A stretch of DNA of 34,343 bases from the sequence record BK067790.1, one strand, 5' to 3'. A program made the position numbers and the translations under genes. Below are positions 1-10,300 of this stretch, one piece after another. The notes beneath the pieces are model-generated. The model saw only the letters and a program-made list of their open reading frames with translations, had not been told where the DNA came from and did no database searches. How positions within the stretch are numbered: position 1 is the stretch's first letter; each line of letters starts with the position of its first letter.

Positions 1-240
1 TTCTGTCAGGAAACTGAGGAAAAATGGGGTAAGGGAACATGGTTAGCCAGTATCAAACTCAATATGTATGTCGAGGGCATGACAGTGTATAATCCCAAAG
101 TCATATCATGTCTAAAGTATCTAAACAAGTGCAGAGAAAAGAAACTGATTACACTGGAAGCCATAGCCTCACATTATGACTTGGTTCCAAAAAAGACTAG
201 ACTAAGAAAGAAACTGTCAGGGGTGGTTAATGATGAGTAG
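1..240 (+). CDS. C-terminal 79 aa of the P-loop ATPase that begins at 33516 (wraps the circular junction)
   Basis: Frame 1 is open from base 1 to TAG at 238-240 (FCQETEEKWGKGTW...ITLEAIASHYDL...VVNDE*). It joins in frame to the 276-codon ORF at the right end. Confidence 0.8.
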   Translation, partial: FCQETEEKWGKGTWLASIKLNMYVEGMTVYNPKVISCLKYLNKCREKKLITLEAIASHYDLVPKKTRLRKKLSGVVNDE

Positions 241-340
241 TTTGGACGAATTTATTTCAACTAGGTGTAAAAGTGTATTACATTCTTTTTGTTCAGAAAA
301 GACCTGTATATGCTGGTGTCACCTAAAGGGGAATCACTAA
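230..340 (+). CDS. Cys/His-rich micro-protein (36 aa), putative Zn-binding
   Basis: MMSSLDEFISTRCKSVLHSFCSEKTCICWCHLKGNH*; C-x4-H-x2-C-x4-C-x-C-x-C-H pattern; overlaps the upstream stop and ends 1 nt before the next ATG. Not in the ORF track. Confidence 0.65.
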   Translation: MMSSLDEFISTRCKSVLHSFCSEKTCICWCHLKGNH

Positions 341-341
341 G

Positions 342-524
342 ATGAAAATCTGTTATGACTGTATGGAAGTTGCAAAGTATCTAGTACATGACAAGGGCAC
401 TCATGTATGTCAGGTATGCTTTCACAAAAGATATTCCAAAAGAAAGTATGTCAATAACAACTATCAGTATAAGAAATACACAATGAAAGACGTAAAGAAA
501 CATCTAGAGAAGGACTGGGATTGA
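342..524 (+). CDS. small Zn-finger protein (CxxC...CxxC)
   Basis: CYDC...CQVC; tightly packed in an operon. Confidence 0.7.
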   Translation: MKICYDCMEVAKYLVHDKGTHVCQVCFHKRYSKRKYVNNNYQYKKYTMKDVKKHLEKDWD

Positions 525-616
525 CAGTCTATCGTTGTGCAAAATGTGGCTTTAACAGTGAGAATGTTGAAGTTGTTTCAGAACACATTGCAGTAGTACA
601 TAGAGATGAAGTTTAG
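521..616 (+). CDS. C2H2 zinc-finger micro-protein (31 aa)
   Basis: TTG start overlapping the upstream TGA; MTVYRCAKCGFNSENVEVVSEHIAVVHRDEV* (C-x2-C-x12-H-x4-H). Confidence 0.7.
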   Translation: MTVYRCAKCGFNSENVEVVSEHIAVVHRDEV

Positions 617-713
617 CAGACCCGAACCAATGTATTCGTACTGTCCATGCTGTAACAAGCCGTTAAAGCCTACTCAAAAACAAGTTATCGTTCATTCATC
701 TTGTCTGATATAA
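606..713 (+). CDS. Zn-binding micro-protein (35 aa)
   Basis: MKFSRPEPMYSYCPCCNKPLKPTQKQVIVHSSCLI*; CxxC...HxxC. Confidence 0.6.
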   Translation: MKFSRPEPMYSYCPCCNKPLKPTQKQVIVHSSCLI

Positions 714-798
714 TGTTCTTTCATGTGTTCAGATAAATCATAGGTTGTTTCCTTACACACCTTACACCAGTTACCTTCTGACTGTTTGCTGTAATTCA

Positions 799-1272
799 TT
801 AGTCATTATCCATATCTTCTTCTTTGTCCTTACCCATCATAGCGTCAAGGAATGAACGTCTTTTCTCGCCCTTGACTTGGTAGGAACGTTCAATCTTGTT
901 TCTAGCAATCTTGTCAATCAAGGTACTTTGTGCAGAACCGTTTTCTCTGATGGACTCTGAGGATTTGGAATCTATTGAATACTGATAAGCGATAACTAAT
1001 TCTTTGATTTGTTCTGACAATGCTACTGCCTTTTGTCTTGACATAAAGTTGTACACTTGTGTTGAAAGGTTTTGAAAGTTTTCTAATTCTAAGACAAACC
1101 TTGCAAGGTGAGGCGAGGCTACGATAAGTGTCTTGTAGTATAATGACTTTGGGTCAATAACTAAACTTTTCTCAAAGGTTCCGTCCTCTTGTGGAACTTG
1201 CTCTATGCGTTGAACGGACTGAACCAGTACGTCAACTAAGTCCTTGTGTTCAGGTTCGCTTTGTGGTATCAT
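799..1272 (-). CDS. hypothetical protein (157 aa)
   Basis: Long ORF with natural composition; TATA-like TTATAG about 24 nt upstream of the ATG on the minus strand. Confidence 0.8.
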   Translation of the reverse strand: MIPQSEPEHKDLVDVLVQSVQRIEQVPQEDGTFEKSLVIDPKSLYYKTLIVASPHLARFVLELENFQNLSTQVYNFMSRQKAVALSEQIKELVIAYQYSIDSKSSESIRENGSAQSTLIDKIARNKIERSYQVKGEKRRSFLDAMMGKDKEEDMDND

Positions 1273-1289
1273 AGCCCTGAATTTTGTAG

Positions 1290-1310
1290 TTACTATAACC
1301 TTAAAAGGAT
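1290..1310. promoter_or_regulatory. divergent archaeal TATA-like promoters
   Basis: TTAAAA (1301-1306) lies about 25 nt before GTG 1331; TTATAG on the minus strand lies about 24 nt before ATG 1272. Confidence 0.45.
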
Positions 1311-1330
1311 AATGGTTTTTGAATTAATTG

Positions 1331-1483
1331 GTGGCAAAATCAAAGAAATACCATAGGGAATACTCTAAAAAGTATAGGGAAGCTGATAAGGAAATCTCTA
1401 AAAAGTATAGGGCATTGGGTGTCACTGGTAGTTTTTCAGCGTTTAGAAAGCAAGAGAAAAAGAATAAAAAGTCATTGATATAA
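1331..1483 (+). CDS. small highly basic protein (50 aa), candidate virion DNA-binding protein
   Basis: MAKSKKYHREYSKKYREADKEISKKYRALGVTGSFSAFRKQEKKNKKSLI*; GTG start about 25 nt after a TATA-like box; internal SKKYR repeat. Not in the ORF track. Confidence 0.6.
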   Translation: MAKSKKYHREYSKKYREADKEISKKYRALGVTGSFSAFRKQEKKNKKSLI

Positions 1484-1499
1484 TTAAAAATGAATAGTG

Positions 1500-1540
1500 T
1501 CGCCCTCACTGTTCCCCCTATCCTTTACGGGATAGGGCGA
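1500..1540 (+). terminator. GC-rich stem-loop (terminator or RNA switch)
   Basis: CCCTATCC (1516-1523) / GGATAGGG (1530-1537), 6-nt loop; alternative pairing TCGCCCT (1500-1506) / AGGGCGA (1534-1540). Confidence 0.4.
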
Positions 1541-1576
1541 TAATATTATATAGATAATTTATTGATACAAGTTAAG

Positions 1577-2596
1577 ATGGGCGTTTTACATGGTAGAGAT
1601 TTACTGTCACCAAAGTGGATAACTGCAATTATTTCTGACGCTTCACACCGAGTACATTTTGTTCCAATCAAACACACTATCGGTGATTACTTTATCACAG
1701 ACATTGACGGTGATGTTTATGCCTTCAAGATTGACGGCAGAAGAATATTACAATACAGAGAATCAATGGTCAAGACATTTAGAATATTACAGTATGACAT
1801 TACACATCACTTGCCGTTAAGTTCCGAGTCAAAGGAACTGGAAATTATTTTAGAGTTAAACAAGCTTCCAAAGGTTGACGGTATGTTGGCAAACATATTC
1901 AAGATACTTGGTTCAAAGGAACGTGACGACTTTGTATCACACAAGTTGTCTGAACTGATTGACAAGATTCAAGGCTATGAGAAAGTTCAAGCACAGACTG
2001 AACTTAACGAAAGATACTCAAAGGAAGCCATGAACATGATTAACTATCTAGACCACTTGGACGTAAGGGAAATCGTTACACCGTTAAAGAAGGTGTCAGA
2101 ATTTATCCAAGAAGACCTTATTGCAACAGATCCAAAGTTCATGGGTACAGTTGTGTCTTCATATCAAAGAACCGACATGGAACACAAGAAGGTAACCAAT
2201 ACCCCTATCGCTTCCAAACAAGCATGGATTAAGTTTGTGGCTATCTTTATGGCAATAGGAATGGTAGGTGCGATAGGTTACATTGTATATGACGGTGGAC
2301 ATTTGGACTCTATGATGGGTATGTCCATGCCAACTCTAGGTCAGGTTAGTGATGATGTTATAATGAAACAGTACCCTGACGCTGAAAGTCTTAGACTCGC
2401 AGTAGATTCAGGCAAAGTTGACTATACCAAACTGTCCTCAGTTGCACAGTCAGTAGTTGACGAGCATAGAGAAAGTTATCCCATAATGTTACAGCCTGAA
2501 GAACCAGTCGTGATTGAAGAACCAGTCGTGATTGAAGAAATGGTACAACCTGACGAGGGTGAGGAACCAGTTCCAATAGTAATAGAACAACCTTAA
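1577..2596 (+). CDS. membrane-anchored hypothetical protein (~339 aa), probable morphogenesis gene
   Basis: ATG 1577 lies 25 nt after TTATATAG (the track uses TTG 1562); one TM segment (WIKFVAIFMAIGMVGAIGYIVY); acidic Pro-rich tail. Confidence 0.85.
   Translation: MGVLHGRDLLSPKWITAIISDASHRVHFVPIKHTIGDYFITDIDGDVYAFKIDGRRILQYRESMVKTFRILQYDITHHLPLSSESKELEIILELNKLPKVDGMLANIFKILGSKERDDFVSHKLSELIDKIQGYEKVQAQTELNERYSKEAMNMINYLDHLDVREIVTPLKKVSEFIQEDLIATDPKFMGTVVSSYQRTDMEHKKVTNTPIASKQAWIKFVAIFMAIGMVGAIGYIVYDGGHLDSMMGMSMPTLGQVSDDVIMKQYPDAESLRLAVDSGKVDYTKLSSVAQSVVDEHRESYPIMLQPEEPVVIEEPVVIEEMVQPDEGEEPVPIVIEQP
2498..2539 (+). repeat. 18-bp in-frame tandem repeat (EEPVVI x2)
   Basis: GAAGAACCAGTCGTGATT at 2498-2515 and 2516-2533, followed by GAAGAA. 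Confidence 0.9.
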
Positions 2597-2614
2597 TACT
2601 AGAATGGCTGATGT

Positions 2615-3040
2615 TTGAATGTGTACTGGTATATAATATTGGCAATACTGGCAGTATCTTTTGTATCTAATGAAGCCTATGCACAGAATACCGTAACTAT
2701 TATTGGTGACGAATCACTTCAGCCATGCTTTATGAATATGACGGCTGGTGCTTCCATGTGGTCTAACTGTGGTGCTGATGAAGATTATTTGGACTTTGCA
2801 CTAATGCCGTTTGAATATATCACTGGTGGTTATTTCTCTATGATACTTGTTACTATCTTTATTATTATGGCTTACATAAAATATCATACCGTACTATATC
2901 CAATGCTTATCGGATTGTTATTCCTTCCAATAAGTTATACTTTCTTCCCAGACACTTTCTTGGTATATGCAATAACATTGTTCGCAGTTGGTGTGGGTGG
3001 AACTTTGACATACCTTCTACTTTGGCGTGGAAGAAACTGA
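2615..3040 (+). CDS. multi-pass membrane protein with signal-like N-terminus, probable virion/assembly protein
   Basis: Hydrophobic N-terminus ending AYA, a Cys pair, then three hydrophobic segments; lies in the structural cluster. Confidence 0.8.
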   Translation: MNVYWYIILAILAVSFVSNEAYAQNTVTIIGDESLQPCFMNMTAGASMWSNCGADEDYLDFALMPFEYITGGYFSMILVTIFIIMAYIKYHTVLYPMLIGLLFLPISYTFFPDTFLVYAITLFAVGVGGTLTYLLLWRGRN

Positions 3041-3068
3041 TAAATAATAATATGCACCAATAAAACAC

Positions 3069-3710
3069 ATGGGGCGTAGTTGTACTAAATGTGATAAAAA
3101 ACATTATGCCAAAGACCTATGTAAAAATCATTATGAAAAAACTGATGAAGCAAAGGCGAAAAGGAATAAAATAAATCAAAGACCTAAAAATAAAACACGA
3201 AAAAATAATTATAATTTAAAATACCATAAAAAAAATAGAGATACTTTATTATTAAAAATGAGAGAAAGGTATCAAAACCTCACACCTGAACAAATAGAAT
3301 CAGAAAGACTTCGTGGTAAACAAAGAACTGCTAATGGTGAATATAGTAACTATCATAAAAACAATAAAGATAAACGTAATGCTGAGTCTAAACAATGGCA
3401 TTTAGATAACCCAACATATCGTTCTGAATGGGCTAAAGCAAATCCGATAAAGCGTTTAAGAATTGAACAAAGATATGATAAAAAACATTCAAAGTTCTAT
3501 AATAAAATACAATTAAAATCATGGGGTGACTTTATCAAATATATCTTTCCAAGATGTATCAACTGTGGTTCAACCAAACAACTTGAATCTCATCACATAT
3601 TACCTAGAGCTCAGTTTCCTGAACTTGCACTTGCACCTGACAACGGTGTAACCCTATGCAAGAAATGTCATAATGAGATAACACAGTTGTTAAAGAAGTT
3701 TTACGCCTAG
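3069..3710 (+). CDS. HNH homing endonuclease
   Basis: C-terminal CINCGSTKQLESHHILP...DNGVTLCKKCHNEI (HNH motif); N-terminal CTKC..KHYAKDLCKNHY motif typical of phage HNH proteins; AT-rich and basic. Confidence 0.9.
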   Translation: MGRSCTKCDKKHYAKDLCKNHYEKTDEAKAKRNKINQRPKNKTRKNNYNLKYHKKNRDTLLLKMRERYQNLTPEQIESERLRGKQRTANGEYSNYHKNNKDKRNAESKQWHLDNPTYRSEWAKANPIKRLRIEQRYDKKHSKFYNKIQLKSWGDFIKYIFPRCINCGSTKQLESHHILPRAQFPELALAPDNGVTLCKKCHNEITQLLKKFYA

Positions 3711-3724
3711 AGTTTACTTTAACA

Positions 3725-3732
3725 TTATATAC
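3725..3732 (+). promoter_or_regulatory. TATA box of the capsid gene (leaderless)
   Basis: TTATATAC ends 25 nt before ATG 3757. Confidence 0.55.
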
Positions 3733-3756
3733 TAGAATTATTTGAGAGTAAGCATA

Positions 3757-4023
3757 ATGGTCGAGAATAACATTATGGCTTTAGTTGGTGCTTTTATAGG
3801 CATTGCCATACTATTAGGAATCGGTACACAAATCTTAGGCAATTCAGTCCAAGACTGTACTAACCTCTCTGATTATGACAGCACAAGTGGTGCAACCCAA
3901 ACAGGTTGGGCAGCCCAATGTGAAGCAAACAATGAACAAACTCAAAATGCATACGCATTATTGATTATTGTATTAATTGTAATTGCAGCAGTCGTAATTT
4001 TGACAGTAGTCAAGATGTTATAA
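3757..4023 (+). CDS. major capsid protein, spindle-shaped virus type (SSV1 VP1/His1-like two-helix hairpin)
   Basis: 88 aa; hydrophobic N-helix (ALVGAFIGIAILLGIGTQILG), polar loop with NLS sequon, hydrophobic C-helix LLIIVLIVIAAVVILTVVKML resembling the fuselloviral VP1 C-terminus; own promoter and a T-rich tract downstream. Confidence 0.8.
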   Translation: MVENNIMALVGAFIGIAILLGIGTQILGNSVQDCTNLSDYDSTSGATQTGWAAQCEANNEQTQNAYALLIIVLIVIAAVVILTVVKML

Positions 4024-4092
4024 GCCTAAAAAACTTATACTCTTTACTTTTTTAAATAACTTTAATAACCACACCCCACACTTTTAGTTAGC

Positions 4093-4362
4093 ATGAGTAG
4101 CCTTATCTTTCTAGGATTTTCGGTTATACTTTTTATAATTTCCTATGGTATCATGTTCACTATTGCACCAATGATACTTGGTTCTGTATTTACTGTCATG
4201 GAAAACAATCTGACTAACGGTTCAATGACACAGGAATGGATTGATATGTATAATCAGACCAAAGAAACTACACAGTATTTGATTCCATTGATTCCAAGTA
4301 TAGGAATATTCATTCTAGTAATCAAAGTCTTAATGGTTGCAAGTGCTAGAGGACGAGACTAA
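4093..4362 (+). CDS. minor capsid/virion membrane protein (two hydrophobic helices)
   Basis: Same hairpin topology as the MCP; NLT/NGS/NQT sequons in the loop; TTTAATAA 25 nt upstream. Confidence 0.7.
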   Translation: MSSLIFLGFSVILFIISYGIMFTIAPMILGSVFTVMENNLTNGSMTQEWIDMYNQTKETTQYLIPLIPSIGIFILVIKVLMVASARGRD

Positions 4363-4363
4363 A

Positions 4364-7300
4364 ATGTCTAAGACATTACTTGTCATACCTGTACTGCTAG
4401 TGTTACTTTTAGTTCCTACAAATGTATTTGCACAAACTGATTTCGGTGTAACAAGCGATCTGACAGTTGAGGGACTTGAATCATTTCCTAATATTGTAAT
4501 GACACCACCACAAGAAATTGAGATAACCACACCGATAACAGGATTAATGACATTACCCGAAGAACGAATCGAATCATTCACTTTTGAGAAATTCCAAGAC
4601 GGTTTCACATGGGAATTAGATGAGGATGGATTTTTGTATCAACAATGGGATGAACTAGGAACAAACCCTGAACCAAAACCTGAATATCCACAAGTCACAG
4701 AAAACTACACCATTGTACAAAATGAAGATGGCACATACACTTTTGCAACACATAGTCCGTATATCTCAGATGGATATGATTGGAAGCCATACATTCTAGG
4801 TGAGGATGAAAACGTAGTTCAGATACAAATTGCTGGTGGAACTATTGTCTTTGACAAAGTATCTGGTGCAGTTACAATATTCAATGAATATGAAACTGTA
4901 ATTGATTCTGACAGTTACAGTGTAAGAACTGCATTGATTGGTTCTGATGTTTGGACTAACCTTAATGTGAACAATACTGATGTTGAAACTACCGTTGTAG
5001 AGGATGGCGACAAAGTAACAGTTTCATTTATTCGTGAAAATGACGAGGGTAAGTTTACAACTGAATATGTAATATACAGTGGAAAGATAAAGACAACTGC
5101 TTACTTTACAAATTATATTTATGAAAATAACAAGTTTGCATTTACACAAACTTTGGACTTGCCTGACAATATAGTTTCTGTAAACAACATGGATGATATT
5201 GATCTAACTGATTATGTTGGAGTATCTTTTGACCGAACAACACTTGAAGAAAATGAGGATTTAATTTTAGAGATAAAGGACATCTACTATAACTCAGGAC
5301 TAGGATTTGATAACCTATGGAGTGTCAATGTTATAACTCCAACTAAAGTGGCACTTGATTATGCCAACGTAGAACAAACACAAACTGTGATAGGCGATAC
5401 AGTAGAATTAGATCCAATATATACTGTAAATCATATAGGTACTATGTCCCCAGCTCAAAGCACTTCATCATACGGTAACTCACAGGGCGATAGTCTAGGA
5501 TGTGGTGGTCGAATTGCTTCGGGTGATCAGGGGTACAACATTACATGGAACTTGAGAAACTATGTAGGTTCTTGGTACACTTGGAACGGATGTAGAACAG
5601 CTATGGTCGGATTTGATTTGGCTGGAATACCTGACACAGCAGTAATATCTGACACCAAATTAGTATATGATATTACATCATCTAGTAATGCTGGAACTTT
5701 TGACCTCAATCAAATGACACAATCAGGACAAGATGGATGGGGTTTGCATAATTATGATACAAGTCAGGCAGTTGGTACAAATCCATACTCAGTTTACGAC
5801 ACAGCAAACTATGATAAAACATGGGAAATGTACTTAGACGCTAACAACTTGGGTACACAGCCTAACGGTGCTGGAAGTAATTACGCTTCCAATTTATCAT
5901 CTGCTGTGGGTACTTATGTAACGGACTTGGGGTCTGCTGGTAATGCAGATGTTCAGGCACAACTAAATGACTCGACTTCTGTTAATGGTGTTGGGGAGTG
6001 GTTTGGAATTGGTATGCCATATTCAGCCATGAAAACTGGTGCAACTGCTTCTAATAACTGGACAAGTCAAACCGTTCAAACTGTTTCCACACAGGACATG
6101 AACTTTGACAATGTAAATTTATTGATAACATTTTCTTCACCACCAACAGAACCAACTAATGTCACTACAACTGCTAACGGTTCAAACGTTGATTTATCTT
6201 GGAGTGCAAGTGAAACTCTTTCAGATTACATAGAATCATCTTCCGCAAAAACATACGTTGTACCCGTAGCACTTCCTGCAACTTGGTCACTTTGGCAGGG
6301 TGGTGCTAGTCCAACAACTCCAACAATGGGTGTGGGTGGCGTACTTGGAACTGCCTTTGACTTTAACGGTTCTACGGATATGGTCGGTGAAAATTTTGTT
6401 ACAAGTGATTTCGCTTCAAACTCACAGGGTTCAATATCAATATGGATAAAACCTGAAGCAAGTGGGTCTAGTGTAGGCAATCCGTTTGGTGGCACAGGAT
6501 TTCAATCATACTGGATAACCAATACCCCATTGTGGTCAGCATATCCATCAAACTCCTTTAACATGGGATCCCTTTATTCTAATGCCAATGCATTTACAAT
6601 GAACGCATGGAATCATGTTGTAGTTACGATTGATTCAACAACGTCAAACAATACAACCGTTGTTTACGTTAATGGTTCGCCAGTTCAAATGTATAATTAT
6701 CCAAGTGGTACGGGTGGTGGTTCTGCAAGTAGTTCCAACTCAAAGACAGCAAGTAACTTGTTGGCAAATACAATACTAGGCGGACAATACCATCCAAGTC
6801 CGCAATTCAAATATCCGTTTGACGGAAAGATAGACGAAGTTTCCTCATGGGATAAAGTGTTATCACAAACTGAGGTTACAACTTTGTATAACTCAGGTAA
6901 TGGTAATACCCCTGACAGTATCAACTCAAACAACAATCTGATTACTTACTTCCCTTTAGATAATACTTCTACACCTCTGCCAAACATGGCAGTAACATCT
7001 GATCCTGTAACTGTAACGTATGATGTAAAGCGTGACGGTACAAGTGTAGGAACCACGACCAATACTTCATTTACAGATACTACTACTGCTTACGGTACAC
7101 CTTATCTTTTTAGTTTGACAGCTTCCACAAGTAATGGAAGTACATCAACAACAAATTTCCCAATTACACTTACAATTCCAGCACCAACTGGATTGACCGC
7201 AACATTGAACATACCTAACGTTGATCTGTCATGGACTGGTGTAAGTAGTGCAACAGGTTACAAGATTGAACATAGTACGGATGGCACAACTTGGAGTACC

Positions 7301-10300
7301 TTAGTTGCAAATACTGGAAATACAAACACAACTTATTCTGATACTGTACCGACACCAAACACAGTAAATTATTATCAGGTCAGGACATTGATAGGTTCTG
7401 CTGAATCAAATGCTATTTATGATTCAACTACAATCACGCCAGTTAATTACAGAACATATACTGCAACTGCAAGTGCAACAACTTGTGATACTGGAACATT
7501 GTATGCTGATGGTACACATGAAACAGGTATGCCAGCTCAAAATGGTGGAAACAGGTATTGTCTTGTAACTTCAATGGAATACGACATATCTGCAATTCCT
7601 GATACTTCAACAATTACAAGTGCAGTTATTGAAGAAACCCATTCTATTTGGACTTCTGGATTTTCCCCATCTTGTGATTACAAATCCAATATGTCACAAC
7701 AGCCATCAACATCAACCACACAACAAAAATGGGATTCTGTAATAGCTGGTACAGTATATGCAAATGATCCAAACTGTATTTCAGGTTATACAAGTGGAAC
7801 TGCGTATGATGTGCCATTAAGTTCACAGGCTATAACAGATATAGAAACGCAGTTATCAGGGGATTGGTTTGGAATTAATTGGGCTATTGATAATTTCCCA
7901 AGCCTTGCCAACGCTGGAACTGGGGGCACACCAGCTAGTGTTACAGGTGGAACATCATTACTAAAATTAGAATATTCCTATATACCACCATCAGCCAATG
8001 CCACAGTTGGTGGCGTACCATCTGCACCAACTGGATTGACAGCAACTTTCAATACAACTACTGCTGACATTGACTTGGCTTTCACAGCACCAGCAAATAA
8101 TAACGGAAGTGCAGTTATTGGTTACAAAGTTGAAGTCTCAACTGACAATGCAACTTGGAGTACGGTCACTGCTGACACTGGAAACACAAACACAACTTAC
8201 ACAGATCTAAATCCTACAATGGGAAGTTTGAATTACTACAAAGTTTCTGCAATTAACGCATACGGAACTGGTGCAGTTTCAAACATAGACAATGACATGG
8301 CTGGGGTTCCACCTGACGCACCGACAATTACCTCAACCTCAACAGACAATCCAAACACAACACCTTTGGAAATTACAGTTAACTGGACAGCACCAACAAA
8401 TACTGGAACGGCTGGAATTACAAACTATGAGGTCTATCGTGACGGTACATTGGTAACGACAGTTGGTAATGTTACAAGTTATACTGATACAGTTCCAACT
8501 GGCGGTGGCACGTTTGTTTATTCATTAAAATCTGTAACACCACATGGAACTTCTGTATTGTCTGCAACTGCTTCACATACTACACCAACAGTACCACCAG
8601 CACCAACTTCAGCACCTACACTTGCAATAGCAAACCCTGACTCAAATCCGTTTGACGTAACATTGTCATGGTCTTTGCCAAGTTCAGGGGGATCGGCAAT
8701 CACATCATTTGAGGTCTTTAGAAGTACAGATGATATAACCTACTCAAGCGTAGGCAATACTTCACAGTTAATCTTCTATGACACTGTACCAAATGTCGGT
8801 ACATTCTATTACAAGTTTTCAAGCATTAACTTGGTAGGCAATTCAGTTCAGTCGCCTTCAAGTAATATCGCAACACCTACCGAACCAGTTGCAGACTCTA
8901 GTGTCACACTGGCAATCAACAGTCCTGATCCAAGTCCTTTGGATATTACAATAAGCATTGTAGCACCAAGTGGTAACGGTGGTTCTGCAATTACTGGATA
9001 TAACTTGCACTCATCAAATGACGATATAACTTACACACAGATCGCTACCAATGTCACAACAGATCAGACAGTGACAGTATCTTCGGCTGGAACTTGGTAC
9101 ATTAAATCACAGGCAATCAATAACGCTGGAACTGCTGGACTTGGAAGTGCAACAAGTATAACCACACCTTCAGTGCCAACTGGTGACGCAAGTGTTACTT
9201 TGGCAATTCCTGACCCTGACAACTTCCCATTTGATTCAACTGCAACTTTTGTAGCACCAAGTGGTAATGGTGGTTCTGCTGTAACTGGTTACAACTTGTA
9301 TTATTCTGATGATGATATAACCTACTCACAGATAGCAACTGCAAGCAACTCTGTTATCAGTCAGACTTTGACTGGTGCTGGAACTCATTACTTTAAAGTT
9401 GAAAGCATAAACAATGTAGGAACTTCAGCACTCAGTTCGGCAATAACCATTGACACACCAACTGTACCTTCATCTGACGCAAGTGCAACATTGGCAATCA
9501 ACAATCCTAACCCAAGTCCTTTGACAATAACTGCGACACTGGTTGCACCTTCATCTGACGGTGGCAGTGCAGTAACAAACTATAACTTGTGGATTTCAAA
9601 TGACGATATAACTTACACTCAAATCGCAACTGCAATCAACGGAACCTTTGATCAGACAGTAAGTCAGTCTGGAACTTATTACTTTAAGGTAGAATCCACT
9701 AACCTAGTTGGCACTGGTGGTCTTGGAAGTGCAACAAGCATAGCCACGCCAACTGTACCAACTGCACCTCAGAACGCAGGCAGTACAATAGCTGACATTG
9801 ACAACGCACCTTATGACGTAACTGTAACATGGGAAACACCTTCATCAACTGGCGGTTCTGACTTGACACAGTATAACGTTTACAGAAAACAAGGCAGTAG
9901 TGCATACTCTTTGTTGACAACAACCACTGGTCTAAGTATAACTGACACGGTTCCGACTTCACTAACAACCAACTTTACTTACAAGATTCATTCAGTAAAC
10001 AATGTTGGCGAGTCAACTGCATTTGACGATACGACTATTACAACATTCAATGTGCCTTCAGCACCAACACTTTCAGTTACAACTGGAACTACCGTACTGT
10101 CTTGGAACGTTCCAAGCAGTGACGCAACTGTAAGCAGTTATAAAATTTACAGGGACAACGTTTTGCTTACAACAGTCGGTACTGTTACAACATACTCTGA
10201 CTTTAGCACAATCGTGTTTGGAAACTCTTATGACTTTAAGATAGTCGCAGTATCATCTTTGGGTGACAGTGCTGATTCAAACACTGTAACTACAACGCCT

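Noticed and set aside
1324-1509. 61-aa hydrophobic minus-strand ORF
   Set aside because: It is the antisense of the Lys-rich plus-strand ORF 1331..1483, which has the properly spaced TATA; poly-Lys codons read as Phe/Leu in reverse.
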